Shown: positions 39,436 through 50,107 of the stretch, piece by piece | Layout: each line of letters starts with the position of its first letter | How positions within the stretch are numbered: the stretch's first letter is position 1 | Origin: Candidatus Micrarchaeota archaeon | GTDB lineage: Archaea; Micrarchaeota; Micrarchaeia; Anstonellales; Bilamarchaeaceae | Direction: 5' to 3' | Assembly: GCA_038046765.1 (NCBI GenBank) | Contig: JBBSVN010000001.1 | Coordinates: forward strand, 1-64,000 | Length of the DNA: 64,000 bases | Notes under the pieces: generated by a model | The model's input: the letters and a program-made list of their open reading frames with translations, nothing else | Databases searched by the model: none | Told to the model about the DNA's origin: nothing | Program-made: the position numbers and the translations under genes

Positions 39436-40110
39436 CTATAATTCCCTCGCCCCGTCTTTCCCGCCAATAATTATCTTATCAAACTTCGTAAATATCCCGT
39501 TCTCAACAACGCCCGGATAATTCTTCAACTCTGCTTCAGTTTTTTTAGGGTCTTTAACTAACATTTCACAATCAAGTAAAAAGTTTCCATTATCAGTAAT
39601 TATTGGGCCAAGTTTTCCATCAGAAGCGCGATAGGTTACCTTGTTTGTAAATGTCTTTAGAAAACGCATTACCGTACTATGCGCAAAAGGAACTACTTCA
39701 ACGACTACTTTACCTTCTAGTTTTGGTTTTATCTTAGATTCATCTGCAATTACTATGAATTTTTTAGCAGCATATGCAACTACCTTTTCCCTAGTTAAAG
39801 CTCCGCCTCCGCCTTTTAGTACGCCAACTTTAGTTGCAACATCTGCACCGTCCACTGTCAAATCGATTCGTTCTACTTCGTCAGGTTCAGCAATCTTTAA
39901 ACCTAATCCGAGTGCATAAATTCGAGTATCAAAAGAAGTAGGTATACATTTTATATTTAATTTTTCTTTCTTTACGCGCTCTGCAAGCAGTTTGATAAAT
40001 TCTTTAGCAGTGCTACCGCTTCCAATTCCTAAAATCGAATTATTTTCGACAAACTCGAGCGCGGCTTTTGAAGCATTAATTTTTCCTAATAAATTCGATG
40101 AAGAAGACAT
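39436..40110 (-). CDS. rpiA: Ribose-5-phosphate isomerase A
   Basis: GIGSGST, DGAD, KGGGGALTREK, TDNGN, GVVENGIF. Confidence 0.97.
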   Translation of the reverse strand: MSSSSNLLGKINASKAALEFVENNSILGIGSGSTAKEFIKLLAERVKKEKLNIKCIPTSFDTRIYALGLGLKIAEPDEVERIDLTVDGADVATKVGVLKGGGGALTREKVVAYAAKKFIVIADESKIKPKLEGKVVVEVVPFAHSTVMRFLKTFTNKVTYRASDGKLGPIITDNGNFLLDCEMLVKDPKKTEAELKNYPGVVENGIFTKFDKIIIGGKDGAREL

Positions 40111-40145
40111 AAATAGAATAAAAGAAACTAATATTTATAATTGCG

Positions 40146-40391
40146 CTAGGATTTTTTAAATTTCTCAGCTAGTTTTTTATCCTGCGTAAATGTTGCCTTT
40201 CCCTTGCTTTGCCCCAAGTATTCTATGATGTTACCTTCCTTATCGGTAAGCGTCATATCAGTTATTTCCTTACCAGTTCGCATAGTTAAAATAGCAGGTT
40301 TTCCTTTGAACATTACGCTTATGCTGTATACTTTTGTATCCTGGTTATACGCATAATGTATATCGCAGTTTTTAAAATCCTTAATAGACAT
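40146..40391 (-). CDS. Small hypothetical protein
   Basis: ORF with SD-like gtgatt upstream. Confidence 0.45.
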   Translation of the reverse strand: MSIKDFKNCDIHYAYNQDTKVYSISVMFKGKPAILTMRTGKEITDMTLTDKEGNIIEYLGQSKGKATFTQDKKLAEKFKKS

Positions 40392-40398
40392 AAAATCA

Positions 40399-40647
40399 CT
40401 AAACGCTTACAAGTCTTAGCATTATCGAATCGTTAGCTTTAAGCATTTCTTTTATTTGTGAATTTTTTAAGAATGGTTCCATAAATTTAGCTGATATATT
40501 ATACGCCTGAGCGGTCTCGGTCATTTTGATTTTATTTGTCATATCAGTTGTTTTTGCAATTTCGAGTTTTGGTATTTTTATTATTATATTTTGAAGTCTT
40601 TTGTTTTCTTCATCGTATTCTTTTGGTTTAAACGCTTCTGGTGACAT
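40399..40647 (-). CDS. Small hypothetical protein
   Basis: ORF only. Confidence 0.45.
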   Translation of the reverse strand: MSPEAFKPKEYDEENKRLQNIIIKIPKLEIAKTTDMTNKIKMTETAQAYNISAKFMEPFLKNSQIKEMLKANDSIMLRLVSV

Positions 40648-40679
40648 AATTTAATATTAAACTAGGCATAATTAAATAC

Positions 40680-41348
40680 CTACGTTCTACTTTCATGTTT
40701 CTTCTTATTGCTACAAAGGTCGAACAAAACCTCGTAAGCTTTTAGAAGTTCTGCATCTTCAACAAAAATCAGGAATTCTGGGACGCATGTCATTAATTCA
40801 TAGATTAATACGTTATTTCGAAAGAGTTCGTTAAGAATTACTAAACCCACTCCCCGAGTTTTAACTATCACCGGAGGCAGGTGTAAATTTATTTCTGCTA
40901 TGTTTTTCTTAACATCAATTATGTATTCTTTAGAAACGATATCCAAAAATTCCTCAATTTTAGACTCGTCAATCATAACTCTTATCGATTCTTCTCCCTG
41001 AACAAATCGAATCATTTCTCCTTTTTCATATTTTACGCTGTTAAAGATTTCAGATAAGAGTTCAGTAACTTTAGGGCTTTTTTTAACTGCAATAATTGCG
41101 AGGTGACTTTTAGTAGATATTTTTGCGCCTCTAATAAGTTTTGCAGCTTCTTTGTACTGATCTAAATATTTGTTTTCTTTAGGATATCTTCTTATTGCGC
41201 TAATTATTGCGTCTTCGCTACCCTCAATTCCATTGTCTCTACAATGTCTAGCTAGTGCTCGAACGTTTATCATGTCTCGTTCTAGGTCTAAGCGTATTGA
41301 CGGGTCCTTGTCTATAAGTTTCCAAACAGAATCTCGAATATTTGTCAT
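40680..41348 (-). CDS. ACT-domain regulator-like protein
   Basis: L....INVRALAR..AIISAIRRY N-terminus; C-terminal ACT-like TRGV....LNEL..NNVLI.E.MTC..E. Confidence 0.75.
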   Translation of the reverse strand: MTNIRDSVWKLIDKDPSIRLDLERDMINVRALARHCRDNGIEGSEDAIISAIRRYPKENKYLDQYKEAAKLIRGAKISTKSHLAIIAVKKSPKVTELLSEIFNSVKYEKGEMIRFVQGEESIRVMIDESKIEEFLDIVSKEYIIDVKKNIAEINLHLPPVIVKTRGVGLVILNELFRNNVLIYELMTCVPEFLIFVEDAELLKAYEVLFDLCSNKKKHESRT

Positions 41349-41440
41349 AAATACATTAAATGTGTCAAAACTTATTAAAATGTTTATTTTTTGTCATAAA
41401 ATATAAATGCTACTTTTTGCAATAAACATTTGGTGAAAAA

Positions 41441-42385
41441 ATGAAATTACTAATGAGTTTTGGAAAACATCAGAATGCTTTAGACGCTAGTGAATTAAGA
41501 GCTGATCTTGTCAGGTTTAAACCGCACGTGTACGTTAAAGAAACAATTCTCCTTACGCCAGATCGTAGATTACCAATCATTGCTTTTCAAAATAAAAGAA
41601 TCAAAGATGGAAGAAAAAGTCCAGAAGAAAAAAAATCTCAGATGCACGATATAGCAAAGGCGTTTAGAGAAGAAGACTGGGTCGAATTTAAAGTTGAAGA
41701 ATATTCTATAGTTGCGGATTCGCAAGTAAGGTGGATGCATAATGTTGAAGATTATCCACAAGAGCAGATTCAAAGGATGGCTGCTGCTGGGCTGTGCCAC
41801 ACGCGTATGGGTGGGATTATCCTTAGCTTTGTCTCAAGAGGAGATTTTGGATACGCTATGGGGTTAGCAGAACAAGAATTGCGTGGTTTTAAACTGTTGG
41901 TCAAAGATCGAAACAAACGAATAGTTCGCGGTATTATGGAAATGGAAAAGGAACTGCCGAATCTAGCCTTAGATGAAGAACTTAGAGTCTTGTGTCGATT
42001 TGGTTTAACTCATAAAGAAATATCTGTTCAACTAAAAGAAAAACTTGGTGAAAGCGTAGAGTTAGTTCGGTATCCTAAAGTTAACCGATACGTGGAGCTT
42101 TTATCCGACCCTAATCCAGGTATTTCAAAAGATGATCTAGTATATTATATGTTCTATTGTCTCTACAACGATTTTGTCGATACTCAATTTGGTGTTGATT
42201 TTGAAAAATCTGTTAGAATTGAAGAAGAAGTTTTTAGGCAATTAGGAGGCAGTGCGGGTTTCTTAGAGCGCATGGAAAAAGCTCTAAATCTTGGTATGGA
42301 GGGGGGAGGAGTAGATCTAAGAGTCGTTCAAAACAAGTTTATAGAAAACTTAAAAGAAGTCTATGAGAAAACATTAAATGGGTGA
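41441..42385 (+). CDS. Hypothetical protein
   Basis: 314-aa ORF after SD ggtga. Confidence 0.6.
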   Translation: MKLLMSFGKHQNALDASELRADLVRFKPHVYVKETILLTPDRRLPIIAFQNKRIKDGRKSPEEKKSQMHDIAKAFREEDWVEFKVEEYSIVADSQVRWMHNVEDYPQEQIQRMAAAGLCHTRMGGIILSFVSRGDFGYAMGLAEQELRGFKLLVKDRNKRIVRGIMEMEKELPNLALDEELRVLCRFGLTHKEISVQLKEKLGESVELVRYPKVNRYVELLSDPNPGISKDDLVYYMFYCLYNDFVDTQFGVDFEKSVRIEEEVFRQLGGSAGFLERMEKALNLGMEGGGVDLRVVQNKFIENLKEVYEKTLNG

Positions 42386-43124
42386 AAAATATATGCAACA
42401 ACCACTTTATCTTCTTGATAGTTACGCAAAAGATTTGGAAACTTCGGTTAAAGAAATAATTGAAAAAGACGGCAAGCATTTTGTTGTTCTAGATGATACT
42501 GTATTTTACGCACGCGGAGGAGGACAACCATCGGATACCGGAAAGATTATCAGATTAAGCGATAACAGCGAATTTAATGTTGTTTCCGTTACAAAATTCG
42601 AAGGTAAAATCTTACATGAAGTAAGTGGACAAGACGCAAAACTCGAAACAGGAAACAGGATCAAATGCATTATTGACTGGCCTAGGAGATATCGCTTAAT
42701 GCGCATCCATACTGCTACACATATTCTAGCTGCAATCATGCATAAAGAATAAGGAGTTCTAATTTCGGGTAACGAACTAGGCGAAGATAAAGCTCGAGTT
42801 GATTTTAACCTGCAAGACGCGAACAGCGAAAAAATCCAAAATTATATAAACAAAACAAATGAAGCGATTAAACGAAATCTAGAGGTAACAATGACTTTTA
42901 TGCCTCGGGAAGACGCATTGAAGTTACCGGGCGCAGTAAAATTAATGGGTGCGCTTCCACCAGACATCCAGACATTGCGAATCGTACAAATTGGAGACGT
43001 CGATTTGCAGGCAGATGGTGGAACGCATGTTAAAAACACGAGCGAGATTGGAGAAATCGAACTAATTAGAATTGATAATAAGGGTAAGGATAATCGACGG
43101 GTTTACTTTAAGTTGAAAGATTAA
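42378..43124 (+). pseudogene. alaX: AlaX-M alanyl-tRNA editing protein interrupted by one in-frame TAA (42750-42752)
   Basis: FYARGGGQPSDTG, RIHTATH, then HKE*GVLISGNEL..ARVDF continuing in frame to QADGGTHVKNTSEIG. Confidence 0.88.
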
Positions 43125-43133
43125 CTGCAAAGG

Positions 43134-43180
43134 GTAGTGCCTAAGTTTTTATAAAGATATGGATTTTTCTTAGGCACTAC
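43134..43180. promoter_or_regulatory. Perfect 12-bp inverted repeat flanking a TATA-like box
   Basis: gtagtgcctaag (43134-43145) / cttaggcactac (43169-43180) around tttttataaa. Confidence 0.6.
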
Positions 43181-43306
43181 AAAATTTAGAAAATAATTAG
43201 TTATCCTTTTGCACAGTAAAACTCATCATCTGTCCAGAATTAGAAACGTTACTTATCGAGTCTGGAGTCTGTAATAAATTTTGCTAAAAACTTCTAAAAA
43301 ATGAGT

Positions 43307-44308
43307 TTATTGTACAACACATCTTCCAGCGCTACAATAGCTATTTGGTGAAGTACTTGAACATGGTAGTGTAATACTTTTTACTTCATTACCATCACAG
43401 TAGTATTCAAGTACCTTTGTCGAATCAACACAAGTATCATAATTGTAAACTATTGACGCATTGTAAAGAATAGGGTGAACGTTAACATATCCTGATACTT
43501 CTCTTGTTATCCCATCACTATCTTTACAAGAAACATCGCTTCTACAAGCTCCATTTTGGCAAGGACAATTTATCTGTTCGGTTGCTTGCATATTCCCATT
43601 GCAATAATATTGGGTTAGTGTTGTTTCGTTTGAGCATGTATCCGTATAAATTCCTGGAAGTCCGTCTCCAAAGTCTACTTTTACAGAACCCTTAAGCGTA
43701 GTATTCCTAGTTGTATCATTATTAGTACAAATTTGTTGGAATTTATTACACGCTCCATTACTACAATAGTAGCCGGATGGACATTCGTAAACTGATGAGT
43801 CTATTTTGTTGCCTACACAAGAATACTCTCGAACATTCTTTGTTGAAGTGCAGATATCAGAATAATTTTGACCTCCATAGATAACCGTTCCAGGGGTATT
43901 TACGTTTCCTCCATTATCACTATCTGTACAATCATTTGTAGTAGTTAGAATGCATTTTCCTAAAAAGCAACTGTATCTATTAGGGCATAAAATCGCTTCT
44001 TTTTGTAATTGTCCATCTTGACAATAATATTCATCAACAGTATTGGTATCAACACAACTTTCTGATACATATTTATCATTTACAAATGCGTCTGCTGCAA
44101 CATATATGTTTTTACCATCACTATCATTACAAACCGAAGTTGGATTTTTTATCTGATCTGTTATTGACGGTTTTGTTTGTGTTTCTTTAGTAGGAGTTGA
44201 ATTTTGTACCTCTGTTTGATTTGTTGGAGTAACTACTTCTTTATAAGCGCTAGTACAACCAAAAATAACCAAAATCGCCGCGAGTAATAAGATCGTAAAA
44301 ATTTTCAT
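43307..44308 (-). CDS. Lipoprotein with four Cys-rich CxDSDG repeats
   Basis: IFGC lipobox; repeats C.DSD.G..D.C..EYYC..C..G.C. Confidence 0.8.
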   Translation of the reverse strand: MKIFTILLLAAILVIFGCTSAYKEVVTPTNQTEVQNSTPTKETQTKPSITDQIKNPTSVCNDSDGKNIYVAADAFVNDKYVSESCVDTNTVDEYYCQDGQLQKEAILCPNRYSCFLGKCILTTTNDCTDSDNGGNVNTPGTVIYGGQNYSDICTSTKNVREYSCVGNKIDSSVYECPSGYYCSNGACNKFQQICTNNDTTRNTTLKGSVKVDFGDGLPGIYTDTCSNETTLTQYYCNGNMQATEQINCPCQNGACRSDVSCKDSDGITREVSGYVNVHPILYNASIVYNYDTCVDSTKVLEYYCDGNEVKSITLPCSSTSPNSYCSAGRCVVQ

Positions 44309-44434
44309 AAGATACCTTTTAACGTAAATTATTAAAAATACCCCTTAATCTGGGAATTTGCTTTAATACCTTTGTAGTAATATATATTAGACTAAGAAAA
44401 GAATATTAACAACCGATTTTAAGAGGTAGATAAA

Positions 44435-45031
44435 ATGCAGTTTAAAGATATTGTAATGAACAGATATGCTACAAAATTGTTTGACGGGAAAGAACTACCA
44501 GAAGAAAAAGTACATGAACTGTTGGAATTAATCAGATTCTCAGCCTCATCTTTCAATATTCAGCCTTGGAAAATAAAAATAATAAAAGATAAAGAAACTA
44601 AGGAAGCTTTATTTGGTGCATCATATAATCAACCTCAGGTAACTAGTTGTTCGCATTTATTAGTTTTTTGTGCTGATACAAATATAATGCCGTTAATTGA
44701 TAAACTCGAAAAACACCTCAAGGGTGCTATGTCTCCAGATAAATTAAAGCCATACATGGAAATGATGCGCGGATTTGCTGGAAGTATGAACGAGCAACAA
44801 ACACTATCTTGGTCACAAAGACAAGTTTATTTAGCTCTAGGTAATGCATTAAATGGTGCTAAATCTTTAGGATTTGACTCCTGCCCTATGGAAGGATTTA
44901 GTCCTGCTGAATACTCAAAAGTACTTAAGCTTCCAGGAAATATCGTACCGGCTGCAATTTGTGCAATAGGTCATGCCGCAGATAAAGCGCATCCAAAAAT
45001 GAGATTTTCTAAGGAGGAAATTTTAATTTAA
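44435..45031 (+). CDS. Nitroreductase family protein
   Basis: RYATKLFD, SSFNIQPW, NQPQV, GFDSCPMEGF. Confidence 0.95.
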   Translation: MQFKDIVMNRYATKLFDGKELPEEKVHELLELIRFSASSFNIQPWKIKIIKDKETKEALFGASYNQPQVTSCSHLLVFCADTNIMPLIDKLEKHLKGAMSPDKLKPYMEMMRGFAGSMNEQQTLSWSQRQVYLALGNALNGAKSLGFDSCPMEGFSPAEYSKVLKLPGNIVPAAICAIGHAADKAHPKMRFSKEEILI

Positions 45032-45137
45032 CTTTTTTCTTTTTTATTTGTTTTTAATTTTTCTCCAAGTTTTTGTATCTTTTAGAAACTTACACCTTTC
45101 ACTACTATTTATAAATATTTCCTAGCTAATTATAATT

Positions 45138-45422
45138 ATGCAAGTTCAATTAAATGTACCTGGTGCGAAAAATATTCCTGCTCGTGCCTTTGCTTCTAAA
45201 GCTCCACTTATGGGTGATAAAATTAAGGCGAATTCTCTAGTTATCCCTCTTAGTCCAGAGGTTATTGAGAGCGAATTAGGTCGACTAAGACGAGAGCAAA
45301 AACTTCCTGTAAGTATCCCAATTTATCAACCAGAAATGCCTGCAAATGTTCCAGATAAACCAAATTCTGCTCCCAAAGAAGAAGAACAAAAACGTGGAGT
45401 TGTAATAATTTCTATTTTTTAA
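45138..45422 (+). CDS. Small Pro-rich hypothetical protein
   Basis: TATA tttataaa about 25 nt upstream; T-rich terminator downstream. Confidence 0.6.
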   Translation: MQVQLNVPGAKNIPARAFASKAPLMGDKIKANSLVIPLSPEVIESELGRLRREQKLPVSIPIYQPEMPANVPDKPNSAPKEEEQKRGVVIISIF

Positions 45423-45470
45423 TTTTCTTTCGGTTTTCTTCTTTTTTCGATTCTATTTTAAACAAACTAA

Positions 45471-46418
45471 CTAGTAAAAACTATGTAATCTTATGTTTAA
45501 ATCGTGCGAATCGCTCGCAACAAAATGCCCTGTTCTTACAGTTTCCACACTTCTACTTAGTTCGGGGGTTACTAATGCTAAAGATTCTTTAATTTCCTTT
45601 GCTCCAACTAATAAATCGTCTTCTCCGCAAACGCAAAGAAACCTTTTAGGTAATTCAAATACTCTTAATTTTAAAAGTTCAAATAGATCTTCTGCTTGCT
45701 TGAACATTGTTGATAAAACCATTGTAGTTACTTCTGGGCTAGATCTTTTCAAATCTGCTAAAAATGAATCAAATGATTCAACTGCTTTATCTCCTGTCGC
45801 GATATTTCGAGCGATTAATGGACTAAATAATTCAAAAACTGCTCTTGTTAGCATAAATGATTTATATGCTGATCGATTAAGTTCTTGCGAATAGGCTGCG
45901 TTCTGGTCTAAATTGTACATAGTATTAAATCCTGCTAAAAGTGAACGCGTAAGTAACGAAACACAAGGTAAATTTGTATAAGGAAGGGTTCTTCTTACAT
46001 CTCTTATGATTGGTGCAGCTAAAACAATACTCTCTGCTTGAATCATTTTTTGATTTTGTTGCGAAAGCCTAGCATAGTTTATTGCTACTAGTCCGCCCCA
46101 GCTATGGCCTAATAAGTGTAACCTTCTAATCCCTAGTTCTTTGCATAAATTTGCGATTGCTCGAGTCGAATCATCAAGAATTGTTGCTGCAGTTGATTCT
46201 CCTAATGCGGATAATCCATGACCTGGCAAATCTATCACGACTAAAGGTTTTCCCATACTACAAATCGGTTCGACTTGTCCTAAGAAATCTTTGTGTGTTC
46301 GACCTAAACCGTGTATTGCGACTACTGCCTCTGCATTAGTATTCAATCTACCAAAAGTTTTATAGTGAATCAGGGATTTATTGCCTGCTGGTGTTTTACC
46401 TAAAGTTAACTGGCTCAT
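45471..46418 (-). CDS. Alpha/beta hydrolase, paralog of 10274..11158
   Basis: IHGLG, DLPGHGLS, GHSWGG, GEDDLLV, TGHF. Confidence 0.88.
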   Translation of the reverse strand: MSQLTLGKTPAGNKSLIHYKTFGRLNTNAEAVVAIHGLGRTHKDFLGQVEPICSMGKPLVVIDLPGHGLSALGESTAATILDDSTRAIANLCKELGIRRLHLLGHSWGGLVAINYARLSQQNQKMIQAESIVLAAPIIRDVRRTLPYTNLPCVSLLTRSLLAGFNTMYNLDQNAAYSQELNRSAYKSFMLTRAVFELFSPLIARNIATGDKAVESFDSFLADLKRSSPEVTTMVLSTMFKQAEDLFELLKLRVFELPKRFLCVCGEDDLLVGAKEIKESLALVTPELSRSVETVRTGHFVASDSHDLNIRLHSFY

Positions 46419-46541
46419 CAGTATATAATGCATAACACTCTTTTTAAATGTTGCTAAAAATGGGATATTTTGATATTTAACTTATATCTCATTAACGTTT
46501 TCCAATAATTTCTTTAAACGTACTAGATACATTAACTACTA

Positions 46542-46604
46542 GGTGCATGCATAATGGCTACTTGAGCTTTTAGCAATGACAAATTAGCTGAACAGGCATG
46601 CACC
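46542..46604. repeat. 9-bp inverted repeat enclosing heptamer-like units
   Basis: ggtgcatgc / gcatgcacc with cttgagc, ttttagc, aattagc inside. Confidence 0.5.
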
Positions 46605-46613
46605 TTCTTATTT

Positions 46614-47495
46614 TTAATTTTGTTTGGAGGGTGCAACAAATGAAGTAACATTTACACCTGCATTCATTAATAGTTCAATTAGCCTAGTTGTTTTTTCCGA
46701 GTCTTCTTCTAACGGATGGGTAAATCCAAATTCTCCTTCTTCCCCCTCAATTTTGTAAACAATGTGCAACTGGTGAAGCAAATCCACGTTTTCATTAAAT
46801 GCTTTCATTGTTTTATAATACGTAAATGGTTCGTTAATACCAAGCATTACCTGGATATATTTATTATCAATTATTGATGCATCTTTACGGATTAGTTCTT
46901 CAAAATTAATTTTTGATTCTGCTAAAAATCTAAGGTTCTTAAGAATTATGTTGCATTCTAATTCCAAGTCCAATCCTCTTAGGTGCTCCTCAGTTAATGT
47001 TTTTACTCTACCAAATTCTCCGTCCGTATATTCCCATCCCTTTTTCTCAAACTCCCGTAAAAGTGCCTTAACTGTAGATTTTTTTCTATAAATAGGAGTC
47101 TCGCTAAGTGCTTGATCTAATCGTATTGCCAGAAACTTCAATTCATCTGTTAATGTTATTGATGAAAATTTTTTTGTAGTATAAAGCGCAATTTTTGGTT
47201 TTATTTTTTCTCGAAATCTTAAAAAAGTAGGATTAGTATCATCTTCTATAGCTGCCCACAAAACCATTCTCATTTCGCTAAGTCTAGTTAGAAGTTCGAG
47301 CGTTTTCTTTGCCTGCCTTAGTTTTTTGTTTTCAAGTTCAACAAGTTCTATTTCTCCGCTTTCCAACTTTGTTCTATCTCCAAGCCTAGTTCCTTCTACA
47401 AAAATTCTTACGTGTTTTTTACCCTTACTTAATGCTTCTTTTGCAGGAATAAAGATGTCTACTTCTTTAGGTACAACCATCAATGTCCTTGTCAT
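46614..47495 (-). CDS. Hypothetical protein
   Basis: 293-aa ORF 13 bp downstream of PCNA. Confidence 0.6.
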   Translation of the reverse strand: MTRTLMVVPKEVDIFIPAKEALSKGKKHVRIFVEGTRLGDRTKLESGEIELVELENKKLRQAKKTLELLTRLSEMRMVLWAAIEDDTNPTFLRFREKIKPKIALYTTKKFSSITLTDELKFLAIRLDQALSETPIYRKKSTVKALLREFEKKGWEYTDGEFGRVKTLTEEHLRGLDLELECNIILKNLRFLAESKINFEELIRKDASIIDNKYIQVMLGINEPFTYYKTMKAFNENVDLLHQLHIVYKIEGEEGEFGFTHPLEEDSEKTTRLIELLMNAGVNVTSFVAPSKQN

Positions 47496-47508
47496 TATCT
47501 AGAACCCG

Positions 47509-48249
47509 TTACTCGCTCTCAATTCTTGGAGCTAGATAATAGACAACCTTTGCCTTTTCTATGTCATATTCTACCTTAAGTGGCCTGTCTGTTTCTAGGT
47601 TTATTGTAACTGGAGAAGATCCGCTAGCTGCCTTTACAATATCCTCTAAATACTGCAAAGGGAAAGTTGCTTTTGTCTGAACGGCTGTTTGTATTTCGCT
47701 TACTTCGTCCCCTTTTTCAAACTCTGCTCTTACATCCCCGCCTTCGCCTTTCACATCTACAATAAATGCATTAGGTTCTAAAATAAGTCTTACGTGTGAG
47801 CTTACTAATTTTGCATCTTTTAAAGCTTCTTTTAATGCATCTGCGTTTATTCTAGCGTAATTTGCATAATCAATTTTAAGTTCCTTGGATAATCCAGAAC
47901 CAATGTCAAGAATCGGTACTTTAAACGTTCTTTTTCTTTTATCTGTGAAAAACTTCACGACTAATCTTCCTTCTTCGAGGGTTAGTTCTGCTTTTTCTCC
48001 TTTTTTACCTCGAGCTAGGATGTTTACAAATTGTGAAATATCAAGTCCAAGTTTTGTTTCTTCTTCTACTGAGTATTCGACAAATGCACTTTTTGGCATT
48101 GTAAATGAGACCATGCTTATCTGGCTTGGGTCCATTGCCTTTAATTGTAGTCCGTCTTTTTTTACCTCAAAAACTCCTTCTTCAACTAAGCTTGCTATTG
48201 AATCTATTGCTGATTTAAGAGATGGTGCTTCTTGTATAACTAGCTTCAT
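47509..48249 (-). CDS. pcn: PCNA sliding clamp
   Basis: LKAMDPSQISMV, YLEDIVK, DRPLKVEY, YYLAPRIE. Confidence 0.97.
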   Translation of the reverse strand: MKLVIQEAPSLKSAIDSIASLVEEGVFEVKKDGLQLKAMDPSQISMVSFTMPKSAFVEYSVEEETKLGLDISQFVNILARGKKGEKAELTLEEGRLVVKFFTDKRKRTFKVPILDIGSGLSKELKIDYANYARINADALKEALKDAKLVSSHVRLILEPNAFIVDVKGEGGDVRAEFEKGDEVSEIQTAVQTKATFPLQYLEDIVKAASGSSPVTINLETDRPLKVEYDIEKAKVVYYLAPRIESE

Positions 48250-48443
48250 AAAATTCGCCTCCGTGTCGTGTAATTTTTATATGCTTCTTATGTTCTTTTT
48301 TCTAAATCTCCCATTATATATAAGTAGTATAAATAAAAAAAGCTTTGTATTTACTGCTTCTCGAGTTTAATTTCCTTGCATTTCCAGTACTGTTCGTTCT
48401 TTTGAACAAAGAAAATAAAAACATCAAATACATTTAAATTTTC

Positions 48444-49064
48444 ATGCAGAAAGCAATGGCTGAGTTTATTGGTATTTTACTTGGTGATGGGTCTATAGGT
48501 ATTTACAAATCCAAAATTAAGAATAAAATAAAAACGTTGTACCGAATAAAAATTACTCTCAATTCAAAAGATGACCTGGATTATTCTGAATATGTTCGTA
48601 ACCTTATAAAAAAATTATTTAAATTAGAAACCATAGTCAAAAAAAGAAAAGATGAAAATGCCTTAGATATATTTATTTTCAAGAAAGAAATTATTATTCT
48701 TTTGTTAAACTTAGGGATGGAATTAGCTCCTAAATGGAATCGGGCAAAGGTGCCAAGATACTTCCTAGCAAAAAATTTAATTTCAGATGTTCTTAGAGGA
48801 TATGTAGATACAGATGGTTGTATTAAACTTGCTCAAAATAATGGGACCTTGTACCCTCGAATAGAAATGAAAATTTCTCCAGCACCAATGCAAAAGCAAT
48901 TAATTGATGGTTTATTTGAATTAGGGTTTGAACCAAAAATTTATCAAATAGGTAAGGGAAAGGTAAGCGTATCCTTGCATGGAAAACGTAATCTTAAAAT
49001 GTGGGGCGAGAAAATTGGTTTTTCCAACCGAAAAAATATTCTTAGATATAATAAGTTTAATTAA
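48444..49064 (+). mobile_element. Free-standing double-motif LAGLIDADG endonuclease
   Basis: AEFIGILLGDGS and LRGYVDTDGC; KIGFSN tail; no intein splice motifs. Confidence 0.85.
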
Positions 49065-49124
49065 AATAAAAAATCCAACAAAAAGCACAAGAGCGTTTGT
49101 TATCTTTTTTGTTGAAACAAAAAA

Positions 49125-49279
49125 TAGCGGGAAGTGGAATACCAACCATAAACCAAAGCTGTGGTTTAAAATTTTTGAACCAATGATCTCCGGGTTATGA
49201 GCTTCGCCTCGAAATTTTTATACTATAAGAAATATAAAAATTAAGATCCGGCGGGTACTCCAGGCTACCCTATCCCGCT
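49125..49279 (-). tRNA. Initiator tRNA-Met(CAU) with introns at 30/31 (49203-49247) and 59/60 (about 49139-49173)
   Basis: AGCGGGA/TCCCGCT with A1-U72; CCGG|G-CTCATAA-CCCGG; 4-bp BHB helix CGCC/GGCG at the first intron. Confidence 0.9.
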
Positions 49280-49330
49280 ATTCGTAGAATAAAGATGTGT
49301 CTAACTATTTATAAATATAGATGACTCGTT

Positions 49331-50089
49331 TTAGCCGCTACTTTGATTTATCGTTATGTTTCCGCCAACGTTGACCACTGCGCTTGTATTTGCGCTACTA
49401 TTAACTGATACGTTTGCTTGCGGGAGGGTATAACTTTTTGGATAAAATTTAACTGTACTTACAAATTGCTTAGCAGTTGCATCAGCCATATCTGGGTTAG
49501 TAGAATAAATCCGAACTCCATACAATGCCTGATTTTCCGCTGGGACTATACTCATTGCTATTCCGAAATACTTTACATTTTTTCTTAATGCAATAAATTT
49601 CATGAACGCGCCCTTTGCTGTGCCTACATTTATTGCAGAAATATCGCTCATATTAGTTGCAAAATGCAATATTCCTAAAGGATCAGTTTCTGCTTCCGCC
49701 TCGCTTTGAAGGTTTGTCCCTGCAAAATCATAAGGATCTATCTGGCTTACGTTCTCTAAATTTCCTGTGTAAAAGTAAGTTACTAAAAGATAGGTATCAT
49801 CTGGGCCGCTAAATAATACCGAAGCGTAACCATTACTACTATTATATCCATTTAATCTTTCTTCCCAGTCAAAATTTGCTGGATACTGGAATGTAAATAA
49901 TAATTTGCTATAATTTTTAGTTTCGTTAAACGTTATCTCGTTTTGCGTTATCGGAGGAGTAACTGTACTGTTAAATGGAGGTATCTTGGTGGTATTTTGG
50001 TCGCTTGATTTTCCTAATAATTGTAAGCACCCGCTTAATAATAATGAAATAATTAAAATTCCTATAAAAATTCTACTTACCTGTTTCAT
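49331..50089 (-). CDS. Lipoprotein, possibly PsbP-like fold
   Basis: LSGC lipobox; FTFQYPANF, FVSTVKF. Confidence 0.6.
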   Translation of the reverse strand: MKQVSRIFIGILIISLLLSGCLQLLGKSSDQNTTKIPPFNSTVTPPITQNEITFNETKNYSKLLFTFQYPANFDWEERLNGYNSSNGYASVLFSGPDDTYLLVTYFYTGNLENVSQIDPYDFAGTNLQSEAEAETDPLGILHFATNMSDISAINVGTAKGAFMKFIALRKNVKYFGIAMSIVPAENQALYGVRIYSTNPDMADATAKQFVSTVKFYPKSYTLPQANVSVNSSANTSAVVNVGGNITINQSSG

Positions 50090-50107
50090 AGTTTTGCCTC
50101 ATCTATC

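Noticed and set aside
48921..49200. Short ORFs beside the LAGLIDADG gene
   Set aside because: Overlap the endonuclease and tRNA-iMet
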